A DNA stretch of 64,000 nucleotides from Spirochaetaceae bacterium (GTDB lineage Bacteria; Spirochaetota; Spirochaetia; WTKD01). How positions within the stretch are numbered: position 1 is the stretch's first letter; each line of letters begins with the position of its first letter. The position numbers were made by a program, and so were the translations under genes. Under the pieces are notes generated by a model. It was not told the DNA's origin. It did not search any database and saw only the letters and a program-made list of their open reading frames with translations. Positions 40,129 to 49,843 of the stretch are shown here, piece by piece. Location of the stretch: assembly GCA_011524535.1 (NCBI GenBank), contig WTKD01000014.1, positions 28,519 through 92,518 on the forward strand. Direction: 5' to 3'.

Positions 40129-41118
40129 ATGAAAAAATTGAGATGGGGTGTTCTTGGAGTCTCAAAGCATTTTTTTATGCGTATGAGTATCCCTTGGAAT
40201 AATAGCGATTATGCAACTCTTCAGGCAATAGGTTCTCGATCTAAGCAACGTGCACAACAATGTGCTCGACAGTTGAAAATACCAGCATATTACGGGTCAT
40301 ACCAAGAAGTAATCGATGACGAACATGTCGACGCTATCTACATCCCCCTTCCAAATCATTTACACAAAGAATGGATTATAAAATCGGCAAACGCAGGTAA
40401 GCACATACTATGCGAAAAACCTCTCTGTCTTTCTTCCATTGATTGTGAAGAAGTCCGCGATGTCTGTGCAGAAAAGGGCGTACTGCTAATGGAAGCCTTT
40501 ATGTATCGATTCCACCCCCAATGGCAACATTCGAAACAATTGATCAAAACTGGCGAACTCGGAGCTTTGCACACAATCGCTACACATTTTTTCTACAACA
40601 ACCAAGACCCAAGCAATATTCGCAATAATCTTAATATGGGAGGCGGAGGATTATATGACATTGGATGTTATGCTGTGTCTCTTTCTTCTTTCTTATTAAA
40701 TAGACAGCCAGTTAAAGTCTGTTCGCTCATGCAAAGACACACCAAATTTCACGTTGATGTGATGGCTTCAGCATTAATGGATTTTGGAGATGTTCAATCT
40801 TCTTTCACGGTGAGTACCTGCGTCTTTCCTTCTCAAGGAGTCCAGATATTTGGCGAGCAAGGACATATTAGATTATCCCTCCCTTTCAATGCTCCCCCCG
40901 ATGTGCCAATGGAAGTTATAGTAACAACAGAAACCGGAGTGAGAACCGTCTCCTGCGGGCCCTGCGATCAATATCTTGAAGAAATAGACTCTTTTTCAAA
41001 AGCAGCACTGGGATTGGCTCCCATTCCTATACCTATAAAGGACGCCATAGATAACCAAGTTATTGTAGATGCCCTATTCACATCAGAAAAAATAGCTGGT
41101 TGGATATCTTTATCTTAG
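40129..41118 (+). CDS. Gfo/Idh/MocA family NAD(P)-dependent oxidoreductase
   Basis: N-terminal Rossmann LRWGVLGVSKHF and the EKPL motif typical of the family. The start was refined to Met of MKKLRWG. Confidence 0.8.
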   Translation: MKKLRWGVLGVSKHFFMRMSIPWNNSDYATLQAIGSRSKQRAQQCARQLKIPAYYGSYQEVIDDEHVDAIYIPLPNHLHKEWIIKSANAGKHILCEKPLCLSSIDCEEVRDVCAEKGVLLMEAFMYRFHPQWQHSKQLIKTGELGALHTIATHFFYNNQDPSNIRNNLNMGGGGLYDIGCYAVSLSSFLLNRQPVKVCSLMQRHTKFHVDVMASALMDFGDVQSSFTVSTCVFPSQGVQIFGEQGHIRLSLPFNAPPDVPMEVIVTTETGVRTVSCGPCDQYLEEIDSFSKAALGLAPIPIPIKDAIDNQVIVDALFTSEKIAGWISLS

Positions 41119-41181
41119 ATAAGGATATTTAAACTCTGCAGCAGGTCAGCACAAGTGCATGCCCACTCTTGGTATTACTGT

Positions 41182-42549
41182 TTAAATTTTGTCTATAAGC
41201 ATCGAACAACGCCCCGAAGGGATCGGGAGTGTCTTTTGACGTTCTGATGTTTCGATGGTGAAATAGTAGAGTTTTTTTGAATCGTGAAATATTTCCCATC
41301 CACGCTTTTCTTTTCGAGACAAAATAGTGATTACATTCCTACGCAATTCAAGATTCTCGATACCCATCTCTTCCACCGAAGGCATGGTCCATTTTACACT
41401 TTTTCTTGGCAAACTAATGTCCAGACCTATGATTATTTCTACAAATGTCGTAATTGTGAGCAGTCCAGCATAGTGCACAAAAGATTCCCGGGGGAAATTC
41501 TCGTTTCCATCCCAATTCGCTGGCCTTGATCCAGTAGGAGAGTAAGCCTCCCAAAGATTAAACGTCTTTCTTTCAACATCAGACCAAGATTCCAGGATGT
41601 GGTAGAGACTCCCCATCGCAAATTCCCTAGCCATTTCATACCTTGCGTTATTGTATAGCCCCTTACACACCAAAAAGGTGAAAAATGGGAATACCGATCC
41701 ATTGTAGCCATTTCCGTCGGAGGAAAAAGCAGGAGAATTCATCGGGACACTGGGGAACGGATAACTTGATTTGTAGCGAGCTGGATCCTCTAGATGCTTT
41801 ATAAGTTGAAGGGTCTTTCTTGTGTCGGTAAGAGGAACCAAAAGACTCCAATACCCAGCCAATGAAGAATATTGAGGCAATCGCCGCTTGTTCTTGTCTA
41901 AATCACAATACGTTGCGGTTTCTGTGTCCCACATCATTCGATTTATCTTTGTTTTCAAGGCAAAGAATTTTTGTTTGTAGCGAAAATGCAAGCTTTTCTC
42001 GTTCAGGATACCGGCCAGTGCCGAAATATAATGAGCATTGATTGCTTGTTGGAAGTTAAAATCAACAAAATAATACGCATCGGTTCGGATCATATTCTCC
42101 ATTTTTGTTGCTCCCTGAGGGACAACATACAGACCAGTATCATCCATAAAGGAACGCTCTAGCCATTCATAATAACGTTCAAGTATTGGGAGAATTTCTG
42201 CAACTCGTCGTTTTGTGCCATTTCTATGATATATATTGAATTCGGCCCACGAGAAAAGAGGCGGATTGATACATTCTGGATTATCTGGATCGAGAATAAC
42301 CTTCTCGCCTGTTTCTAAGTCATAGTCGGATCGAATAGCACCATTTTCTTCTTGTTTTTTGTAGAAAAAATCAAGTTGGTTTGTGGTCGGACATGTATTA
42401 TTGCTGTATACCAAGAAAAACGTGGAAAAAATCGACTCGAATTGATTCATATGACCTTGGTTACGAGAAATAAAGAGTTTCAGAGTATCTCCATCGATCG
42501 AAACACGCCGCCACTGTTCTGCAATCAATATCCAGGTCTGCTCGTACAT
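41182..42549 (-). CDS. Glycoside hydrolase-like protein ((alpha/alpha)6-barrel, trehalase/GH63/GDE_C-like superfamily)
   Basis: Weak family-level resemblance only, resting on an aromatic-rich C-terminal half with acidic catalytic candidates. The call is low confidence. Confidence 0.4.
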   Translation of the reverse strand: MYEQTWILIAEQWRRVSIDGDTLKLFISRNQGHMNQFESIFSTFFLVYSNNTCPTTNQLDFFYKKQEENGAIRSDYDLETGEKVILDPDNPECINPPLFSWAEFNIYHRNGTKRRVAEILPILERYYEWLERSFMDDTGLYVVPQGATKMENMIRTDAYYFVDFNFQQAINAHYISALAGILNEKSLHFRYKQKFFALKTKINRMMWDTETATYCDLDKNKRRLPQYSSLAGYWSLLVPLTDTRKTLQLIKHLEDPARYKSSYPFPSVPMNSPAFSSDGNGYNGSVFPFFTFLVCKGLYNNARYEMAREFAMGSLYHILESWSDVERKTFNLWEAYSPTGSRPANWDGNENFPRESFVHYAGLLTITTFVEIIIGLDISLPRKSVKWTMPSVEEMGIENLELRRNVITILSRKEKRGWEIFHDSKKLYYFTIETSERQKTLPIPSGRCSMLIDKI

Positions 42550-42670
42550 GTCAACGATATCTTTGTCAAAATATGAAACTGTTGGAAAACTAATACTTAT
42601 GGCGGGTCCTCAACACTACGGTCTATGTATTACTACTTGATTCTACTGATTTTATAACGTAGTCTAAAAT

Positions 42671-43573
42671 ATGTCAATCAATTACCCTCAACTTATTTTA
42701 ATGGGAGCCGGAATGAGTAGGAGGTTTGGTGTATTAAAGCAACTCGATGTACTCGAAGCTTGTGGAAACAGCTTACCGGAATTCATAATCGATGATGCCA
42801 TTTCAGCAGGATTTGAACGAATTTGCATTGTCGTCCGAAAGGAAATCCTCCAAGCAATGGAATCTTTTTATGCTCCCCGTTTTGGACACCGTGTTGACCT
42901 TCGCTTTGTGTGTCAAACATTGGATGACCTTGTCGATACTTCGATTCTTCATACAAGAACAAAGCCTTGGGGGACCGCTCACGCTGTATTGGCTGCCCGA
43001 AAATATATAGATGCTCCTTTTGCAACCGCAAACAGCGACGATTATTATGGTCCAGCTGCTTTCAAAACCCTCTATACCTCTCTTGCTTCCAACCACGATA
43101 AGGATAAGTTTTTTCTTATGGGTTATAAATTGATGAATACCTTGTCGCCATTTGGTCCTGTCTCACGTGCCCTATGCACACACAATGGTTCCCAATTGGA
43201 TACCCTCGTAGAACATACCCGTCTACAACAAGAACACTCGGAAGTCATCAGCCTCGATGAACAGAACAAAAAAATAGCCTCATTTACAGGCGATGAATTG
43301 GTTTCTATGAACTTGTATGGCCTTAGCCCGCAATTTTTAGACTATGCAGAAACATTATTCTCCGAATTTCTGAACGATGCACGAGGAAATCTTGAAGAGA
43401 AAGAATTTCTCCTGCCTGGCGTCATTCAACAAATGATTACAGAAAATCGAGCAACGGTTGATCTATTGTCCTGTGAAGAACAATGGTTCGGAATGACCTA
43501 TCCACAAGATCGTCCCTATGTTGAAAAGAACCTATTGGCACTCAAGAAACAAGGCATGTACGCAGATATTTAG
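42671..43573 (+). CDS. Nucleotidyltransferase (sugar-phosphate NTP-transferase fold)
   Basis: N-terminal GxGxR-type motif LMGAGMSRRFG. Confidence 0.55.
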   Translation: MSINYPQLILMGAGMSRRFGVLKQLDVLEACGNSLPEFIIDDAISAGFERICIVVRKEILQAMESFYAPRFGHRVDLRFVCQTLDDLVDTSILHTRTKPWGTAHAVLAARKYIDAPFATANSDDYYGPAAFKTLYTSLASNHDKDKFFLMGYKLMNTLSPFGPVSRALCTHNGSQLDTLVEHTRLQQEHSEVISLDEQNKKIASFTGDELVSMNLYGLSPQFLDYAETLFSEFLNDARGNLEEKEFLLPGVIQQMITENRATVDLLSCEEQWFGMTYPQDRPYVEKNLLALKKQGMYADI

Positions 43574-43643
43574 ATGATAAGGGTATATTCTTACAAAAAA
43601 TAGTACACTTTCTTGGTACACAAAAAACAAGGTAAGGTAGTGT

Positions 43644-44366
43644 ATGAAAAAAAAGATTCGAAAAAGAATAGTTCTCTTCTTGCTCCTTCTGGCGATATTC
43701 ATTACGGCTTCTATTGTATTTGATCTATCCAGCGTCTTAGTGAACCTTATTGCGAGAGTTCAAGGAGCAGGAATTATTGCATACATAGTATTTTTCCTGC
43801 TTTACGTATTGTCTACCGTATTCTTGATTCCAGGCTCATTATTGACATTGGCCTCGGGGTTTTTCTTTGGATTTGGACTAGGGTCTTTTCTTACGGTCAT
43901 CAGTGCAACCTTCGGCTTGGCTGTCGCTTTCATGGTTTCTCGGTATGCTATGCACGATTGGGCAACCAAGCAATTTGCAAAACGCCAATATACACAAGCG
44001 ATCAACACAGCAATAAAAAAGCGAGGATCGATCATTGTCTTGCTTTTGCGTCTATGTCCCCTGGTTCCTTTTAACGCCCTAAATTATGTGCTTGGCCTAA
44101 CCTCCATACGATATATTCCCTATGTTCTCATAAGCTTTGTAGGTATAATTCCAGGTTCTATCTTATTTACATATTTTGGATCCGTGGCGAATACGATTAC
44201 TTCCCTAACAGAAAAAGCTGGGCCTCCTGACACCCTACGATGGATCATGTTGGGATGGGGAGTGGTCTCGGCAAGCATTGCCGCCGGTATCATTTCTAGA
44301 GTAGCAAAAAAACACATCGCCGAAGACATGCCTCAAAACTCTGAAGAACAACAAGATGCTGAATAA
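43644..44366 (+). CDS. DedA / TVP38-TMEM64 family membrane protein
   Basis: The conserved VFLIPGSLLTLASGFFFG core and 4-6 TM segments are present. Confidence 0.8.
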   Translation: MKKKIRKRIVLFLLLLAIFITASIVFDLSSVLVNLIARVQGAGIIAYIVFFLLYVLSTVFLIPGSLLTLASGFFFGFGLGSFLTVISATFGLAVAFMVSRYAMHDWATKQFAKRQYTQAINTAIKKRGSIIVLLLRLCPLVPFNALNYVLGLTSIRYIPYVLISFVGIIPGSILFTYFGSVANTITSLTEKAGPPDTLRWIMLGWGVVSASIAAGIISRVAKKHIAEDMPQNSEEQQDAE

Positions 44367-44448
44367 TCACCCTTATATCGGGGTACTTAGTTCTGTTATT
44401 ATAATTACCAGTTCGATTTCTTTATAGAAAATCTAATTTTGACGCTAT

Positions 44449-44493
44449 AAATCAATTGATTTCGTAAAATATGTGTATATCGATTTATAAATC
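44449..44493. promoter_or_regulatory. Operator-like palindromes AAATCAATTGATTT (44449-44462) and GATTTATAAATC (44482-44493), plus a third TTGATTT half-site at about 44503
   Basis: Both are perfect palindromes read directly from the sequence. They lie 60-110 nt upstream of the xylF -35 element. Confidence 0.4.
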
Positions 44494-44554
44494 CACTTAA
44501 AAATTGATTTATTCGAAGGTTAGTAGTCCAGAAAAGTGCATTACACAGAACCTT

Positions 44555-44584
44555 TTGACAAAATAGTCTCATTCATGGTATAAT
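44555..44584 (+). promoter_or_regulatory. Sigma70-type promoter of the xyl operon: TTGACA, 18-nt spacer, extended -10 TGgTATAAT
   Basis: Exact consensus hexamers at 44555-44560 and 44579-44584. The RBS AAGGAGG lies at 44613-44619, before the ATG at 44624. Confidence 0.55.
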
Positions 44585-44623
44585 AAATTTCATAATAAAT
44601 ACATTCACCCTAAGGAGGAATTT

Positions 44624-45691
44624 ATGGTGAAAAAAATTTCTATGCTGCTATTAGTAGCTCTATTGGCTCTGCCTTTGTTTGCAAGTGGAGATGCAGAGAA
44701 TGATGGAAGAACCGTCGTTGGTCTTTCATTTTCTGACTTTGCCACCGAAAGATGGCCAAGAGAACAAGCACTTCTTACTCAATTGGGACAAGAAAGTGGT
44801 GCTCAAGTAATTTCGCAAGTTGCAAACCAGGATGCAAAATTGCAGAACGACCAGATAGAAAATTTGATCGTTCAGGGAGCTGATGTTATTGTCGTTATCG
44901 CACAGGATGGTGGTACTGCCGCAACTGCTGTTGATATCGCTGCTTCAGAAGGTATTCCTGTTATTGCGTACGACCGATTGATTAAAACATCAAATCTAGC
45001 GCTCTACATATCATTTAACAATGTCGCGGTTGGTCGTGCACAAGCAGAAGGAATTTTAAAAGTCCAAGATAGCGGTAATTTCGTACTTCTTGGAGGAAGC
45101 CCAACAGATAACAATGCGTATCTCTTCCGTCAGGGACAAATGGAAGTTTTGAATCCTCTCATCGATAGCGGTCAAATAACTATCGTTGCGGATCAATGGG
45201 TTGAAAACTGGGATGCAGCAAACGCTGTTACCCTTATGGAGAACATACTTACTGCCACAAACAACAACGTTGATGCAGTTGTAGCTTCCAATGATGGAAC
45301 CGCACTTGGTGCATTGCAGGCATTGCGAGCACAAGGATTAGCCGGCAACGTTCCTATTTCAGGACAGGATGCAACAGTTGCTGGTGCGCAATCGATTGTT
45401 GATGGAGAATTGACCTTGTCTGTCTACAAAGACATTAGATTGCTCGCTCCAAAAACCATGGAATTTGCTATTCAACTAGCTAATGGTGATGAAATATCAG
45501 ACACTGTAGATTATACATTGGCAGAACTTACCCTTGATGAAAACGCTTCAGGTTCTATCGCCAGTTTCTTTTTCCCCGTTGTACAAGTTACCGAAGACAA
45601 CCTATACGATGTTGTTGTCGCATCGGGTTTTCAACCATACGACGATGTATACAGGAACGTTCCAGAGAGTCAAAGACCTCCTCGTCCATAA
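44624..45691 (+). CDS. xylF: D-xylose ABC transporter substrate-binding protein
   Basis: Signal peptide plus a periplasmic-binding-protein type I sequence, in a xyl operon context. Confidence 0.8.
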   Translation: MVKKISMLLLVALLALPLFASGDAENDGRTVVGLSFSDFATERWPREQALLTQLGQESGAQVISQVANQDAKLQNDQIENLIVQGADVIVVIAQDGGTAATAVDIAASEGIPVIAYDRLIKTSNLALYISFNNVAVGRAQAEGILKVQDSGNFVLLGGSPTDNNAYLFRQGQMEVLNPLIDSGQITIVADQWVENWDAANAVTLMENILTATNNNVDAVVASNDGTALGALQALRAQGLAGNVPISGQDATVAGAQSIVDGELTLSVYKDIRLLAPKTMEFAIQLANGDEISDTVDYTLAELTLDENASGSIASFFFPVVQVTEDNLYDVVVASGFQPYDDVYRNVPESQRPPRP

Positions 45692-45770
45692 ACAAAGCTA
45701 TTTTAAAAGGAGCCATATTCATTTATGTAGAGGCTCCTTTTCTTTTCTACACAAAGAATAGGGGGGTCCT

Positions 45771-47297
45771 ATGCAAGAAAATCTTATTCTTGACATTCAA
45801 AAAATAAATAAATCATTTCCTGGTGTACGAGCATTAAAAGATGCAACTTTTAGCGTTCAACGAGGAAGCGTACACGGAATCTGCGGGGAAAATGGGGCTG
45901 GAAAATCTACTCTGATGAAAATTCTCTCTGGTGTATATCTAAAAGATGAGTACACCGGTGTTATACAATTTGATGGTAAAGAACTACGCCTCAAAGAAAA
46001 TGCGATACACGAAGCGAAAGAACTTGGCATCGATATCGTATACCAAGAACTTGCTCTCGTTCCAAAAATGACGGTTGGTGAAAATATTTTTCTCGGAAAA
46101 GAACCAACTCATGCCGGTAGAATAGACTGGAGTTCTTTGTATTCAAGAACTCAAGAGATATTACAAAGATACTCTCTCGATATCAATCCACAAGCGGTGA
46201 TAGAAACATTGAGTGTTGGAAAACAACAACTGGTAGAAATAGCCAAGGCTTGTGCAGGCAAAACAAAACTATTGATTCTTGATGAACCAACCTCAGCTCT
46301 CTCTGAAAAAGAAATAAAAATTTTAATGAATACCGTCAAAACACTAAAATCAAATGGTATAACCTGCATCTACATAACCCATAAACTCGAAGAAGTATTC
46401 GAAATCACGGACACAGTTACGATACTGCGAGATGGCGCTGTTGTGACAACAAAACCGACATCTGAATATACCAACGAAACACTCATTTCCTACATGGTCG
46501 GACGAGAAATGACCGAACGTTTCCCAAAACGAGACCCGAAGCTTGGGGATGTCGTATTAAGAGTTGAAAAATTCACGGTGCAAGATCCTCACAATCCAAA
46601 AAAGCATTCGAGCCACGATGCAACATTTGATGTCCGAAAAGGTGAAATATTCGGCATTGCAGGCTTAATGGGCTCGGGACGTACCGAACTCATTCGCGCT
46701 TTGTATGGAGAATACGGAACAAAGTTGAGCGGTAATGTTTTCATCAATGGAAAAATTAAACCCATTAAATCTGCACAAGATGCGATGAAAAGTGGTATGT
46801 TTCTTGTTCCAGAAGACAGAAAAACAGAGGGATTGATACTCCAACAAAGTATTTTAAAGAACATCACTATCCCTAGCCTTGATATTTTTTCCTCATTTTT
46901 TCGAATAGATAAATATAAAGAACTAAAAACAGCACAGACATATGCAAAAAAAATGGCGGTAAAGGCGCCAAGCTTGTATGTAAAAGCATCCACCCTCAGC
47001 GGAGGAAATCAACAAAAAGTCGTGCTGGCAAAAGCCTTACTTTCGGATCCTCAAGTGCTTATTCTCGATGATCCAACACGGGGAATCGATGTAGGAGCCA
47101 AGTATGAAATATACAAACAAATGGTCGAGCTAACAAACGAAGGCATGTCTATCATCATGATTTCTTCTTCTCTAGAAGAAATCCTCGGTATGTCAGACAG
47201 AATCATGGTAATCAGTGAAGGAAAAGTAATTACTGTACTTGATAGCGGTGAAGCAAACCAAGAAATAATCATGCACCATGCCGTTGGTGCTTCATAA
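45771..47297 (+). CDS. xylG: Sugar (xylose) ABC transporter ATP-binding protein, tandem ATPase domains
   Basis: Walker A GENGAGKST and two ABC signature regions at 508 aa. Confidence 0.85.
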   Translation: MQENLILDIQKINKSFPGVRALKDATFSVQRGSVHGICGENGAGKSTLMKILSGVYLKDEYTGVIQFDGKELRLKENAIHEAKELGIDIVYQELALVPKMTVGENIFLGKEPTHAGRIDWSSLYSRTQEILQRYSLDINPQAVIETLSVGKQQLVEIAKACAGKTKLLILDEPTSALSEKEIKILMNTVKTLKSNGITCIYITHKLEEVFEITDTVTILRDGAVVTTKPTSEYTNETLISYMVGREMTERFPKRDPKLGDVVLRVEKFTVQDPHNPKKHSSHDATFDVRKGEIFGIAGLMGSGRTELIRALYGEYGTKLSGNVFINGKIKPIKSAQDAMKSGMFLVPEDRKTEGLILQQSILKNITIPSLDIFSSFFRIDKYKELKTAQTYAKKMAVKAPSLYVKASTLSGGNQQKVVLAKALLSDPQVLILDDPTRGIDVGAKYEIYKQMVELTNEGMSIIMISSSLEEILGMSDRIMVISEGKVITVLDSGEANQEIIMHHAVGAS

Positions 47298-47309
47298 AAC
47301 GAGGTATAT

Positions 47310-48527
47310 ATGAACTCTGATACAAATAAAATATCCGTGCCCTCTTTTTCCCAGATACGGGCTCGATTAAAAAACTACACAATGATTTTCGCTCTATTAT
47401 TGATTTGGATTGTGTTTGGATTTCTCAATCAAAACTTTTTTAGTGCTCGTAATCTTTCGAACCTATTTCGACAAATGAGTATTATTGGATTCTTAGCGAT
47501 AGGGATGGTTCCTATTATCGTTACAGGGAATATTGATCTTTCTGTTGGGTCCGTCACGGGCTTTGTTAGTGCTCTGGCCGCATATTTCCAGGTATATGTA
47601 TTTGCGGATATGTTTCCAGCCCTACTCCCAGGAGCCTCCCCTGCTACTATCCTTCTATTTTCAGCACTCAGTACCATCATTTTGTCGCTACTGGTCGGCT
47701 ATCTCATAGGATGCCTGCATGGGTATATTGTGGCCTATCTCGGGATACCCGCATTCATAGTCACATTAGCTGGTATGATTGTATTCCGTGGTGGAGTACT
47801 TGGTGTTACCGGTGGAGAGAATGTCGGTCCTGTTAATGATGCCTTTAAATTCGTTGCACAAGGGTATATACCCATTCCAATAGGATATATTCTTGCGATC
47901 ATTGCGGTTGCCCTGATTGTGTACCAACAAATCAGGCGGCAAATGAATAGACAACGCTTTGGTCTTGAAAGAGATAGTATCCAACGAATATTGTTTGTTT
48001 CGCTTGGAAGTAGCCTTTTGATACTCCTCTATACGTGGACTATGAGTCAATATCGCGGTATTCAGAACCCAGTGCTCATATTATTTATTGTTGCCACGCT
48101 CATGACATATGTTTCCAACAACACCCGTTTGGGACGCTATTCCTACGCCATTGGAGGAAACCGGGAGGCAGCTCAGCTTTCAGGAATCAACACCAAAAAG
48201 ACCATTTTCTATATCTTTTCGCTTATGGGGCTCATGTCAGGAATAGCCGGAGTAATACTAGCCGGTTATGTGGGCTCAGCAACACCGCTGGCCGGAAATC
48301 AATACGAGCTCGATACCATCGCTGCTTGTGTTCTTGGAGGAACCAGTCTTATGGGAGGAGAAGGAACTATTCTTGGAACTCTTGTAGGAGCCCTCATCAC
48401 TGCGAGTCTTATCAATGGAATGAGCTTGATGAATTTAGATATATTCTGGCAGTATATGGCCAAAGGTATTGTGCTAGTTGTGGCAGTATACATCGATGTT
48501 TTGTCTAAGCGCGGAGCAAAATCATGA
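47310..48527 (+). CDS. xylH: Sugar (xylose) ABC transporter permease
   Basis: Multi-TM protein with the ABC-2/BPD permease signature of XylH/RbsC. Confidence 0.85.
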   Translation: MNSDTNKISVPSFSQIRARLKNYTMIFALLLIWIVFGFLNQNFFSARNLSNLFRQMSIIGFLAIGMVPIIVTGNIDLSVGSVTGFVSALAAYFQVYVFADMFPALLPGASPATILLFSALSTIILSLLVGYLIGCLHGYIVAYLGIPAFIVTLAGMIVFRGGVLGVTGGENVGPVNDAFKFVAQGYIPIPIGYILAIIAVALIVYQQIRRQMNRQRFGLERDSIQRILFVSLGSSLLILLYTWTMSQYRGIQNPVLILFIVATLMTYVSNNTRLGRYSYAIGGNREAAQLSGINTKKTIFYIFSLMGLMSGIAGVILAGYVGSATPLAGNQYELDTIAACVLGGTSLMGGEGTILGTLVGALITASLINGMSLMNLDIFWQYMAKGIVLVVAVYIDVLSKRGAKS

Positions 48528-49843
48528 AGGAATTATTCCCCGATATTCCTCATATTACATTTGAAGGACAAAAAACCGATAATCCTCTGGCATTTAGATA
48601 TTACGATGCCAAAAAAAAGATCGATGGCACATCGATATCCGATATCATGCGATTTTCGATGGCCTATTGGCATAGCCTTTGTGCACTGGGAACAGATCCT
48701 TTTGGAGGTCCAACCATGGAACGCCCATGGAACACCCTCGATCCCATCGCTGCCGCTGAGATGCGTGTCTCTGCTATATTCGAATTGACCGAGAAACTTG
48801 GAATACCGTTTTTTTGTTTCCACGATCGTGACCTGGCCCCCGAGCAAGAAAGTATTGCAAAAACAAACGCTCTTCTTGATAAAATTGTTGCTCGTATCAA
48901 AGAACGCATGGAAAGTTCACCCGTTCGAGTACTCTGGGGCACCGCTAACCTTTTCACACATCCACGATATATGAATGGAGCTGCCAGTTCTCCAAGCTTA
49001 CGCACATTCGCACACGCCGCCGCCCAGGTAAAAAAAGCTCTAGAAGTTACAAAAGAGCTCAGCGGGCAAAATTACGTGTTCTGGGGCGGTCGTGAAGGAT
49101 ATGAAACTCTGCTAAACACTGATATGAAGCGCGAAAGGGAACAATTAGCCTCTTTTTTTCATATGGCGGTCGCATATGCACAAGAAATTGGATTCACCGG
49201 ACAGTTATTGATTGAACCGAAACCAAAGGAGCCCACAAAACATCAATATGATTTCGATGTTGCTTCTGTTATTGGGTTCCTCGAACAATACGGTCTTACT
49301 CCTTTCTTTAAGATAAACATCGAAACAAACCATGCAACCCTGGCTGGACATACGATGCATCATGAGGTTGCCCTTGCACGTAGCAATGGGGTACTCGGAA
49401 ATATAGATGCAAACAGCGGAGATACTCTGCTCGGTTGGGATACCGACCAATTCCCCGTTTCTACAAAAGATTGTGCATTGGTTATGTACGAAGTCTTACA
49501 AAATGGAGGCTTGCAGAAGGGAGGATTAAATTTCGATGCAAAAGTGCGACGGGCTTCCTGGCGTCCCGTAGACCTAATCTACGCGCATGTCGCAGGAATC
49601 GATACGTACACCCATGGAATGCTTATAGCCAAAAAATTACTCAAAGAGCAAACGCTTAAGAAGCATATCACAAAACGTTATGCGGAATTTGATACATCAC
49701 TTGGCAAAAAAGTACTAGAGCGCACTACCACCCTCAAGGAATTGGAAACATTTGCCATAGAAAATCCAATCCATCGCCCTGAATCCGGAGCTCAGGAAAT
49801 GTTGGAACTGTTGCTCGAACGCGCTATCCATAGTCCCGTATAA
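48524..49843 (+). CDS. xylA: Xylose isomerase
   Basis: N-terminal FEGQKTDNPLAFRYYD plus metal-binding His/Asp/Glu residues at 439 aa. Confidence 0.9.
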   Translation: MKELFPDIPHITFEGQKTDNPLAFRYYDAKKKIDGTSISDIMRFSMAYWHSLCALGTDPFGGPTMERPWNTLDPIAAAEMRVSAIFELTEKLGIPFFCFHDRDLAPEQESIAKTNALLDKIVARIKERMESSPVRVLWGTANLFTHPRYMNGAASSPSLRTFAHAAAQVKKALEVTKELSGQNYVFWGGREGYETLLNTDMKREREQLASFFHMAVAYAQEIGFTGQLLIEPKPKEPTKHQYDFDVASVIGFLEQYGLTPFFKINIETNHATLAGHTMHHEVALARSNGVLGNIDANSGDTLLGWDTDQFPVSTKDCALVMYEVLQNGGLQKGGLNFDAKVRRASWRPVDLIYAHVAGIDTYTHGMLIAKKLLKEQTLKKHITKRYAEFDTSLGKKVLERTTTLKELETFAIENPIHRPESGAQEMLELLLERAIHSPV

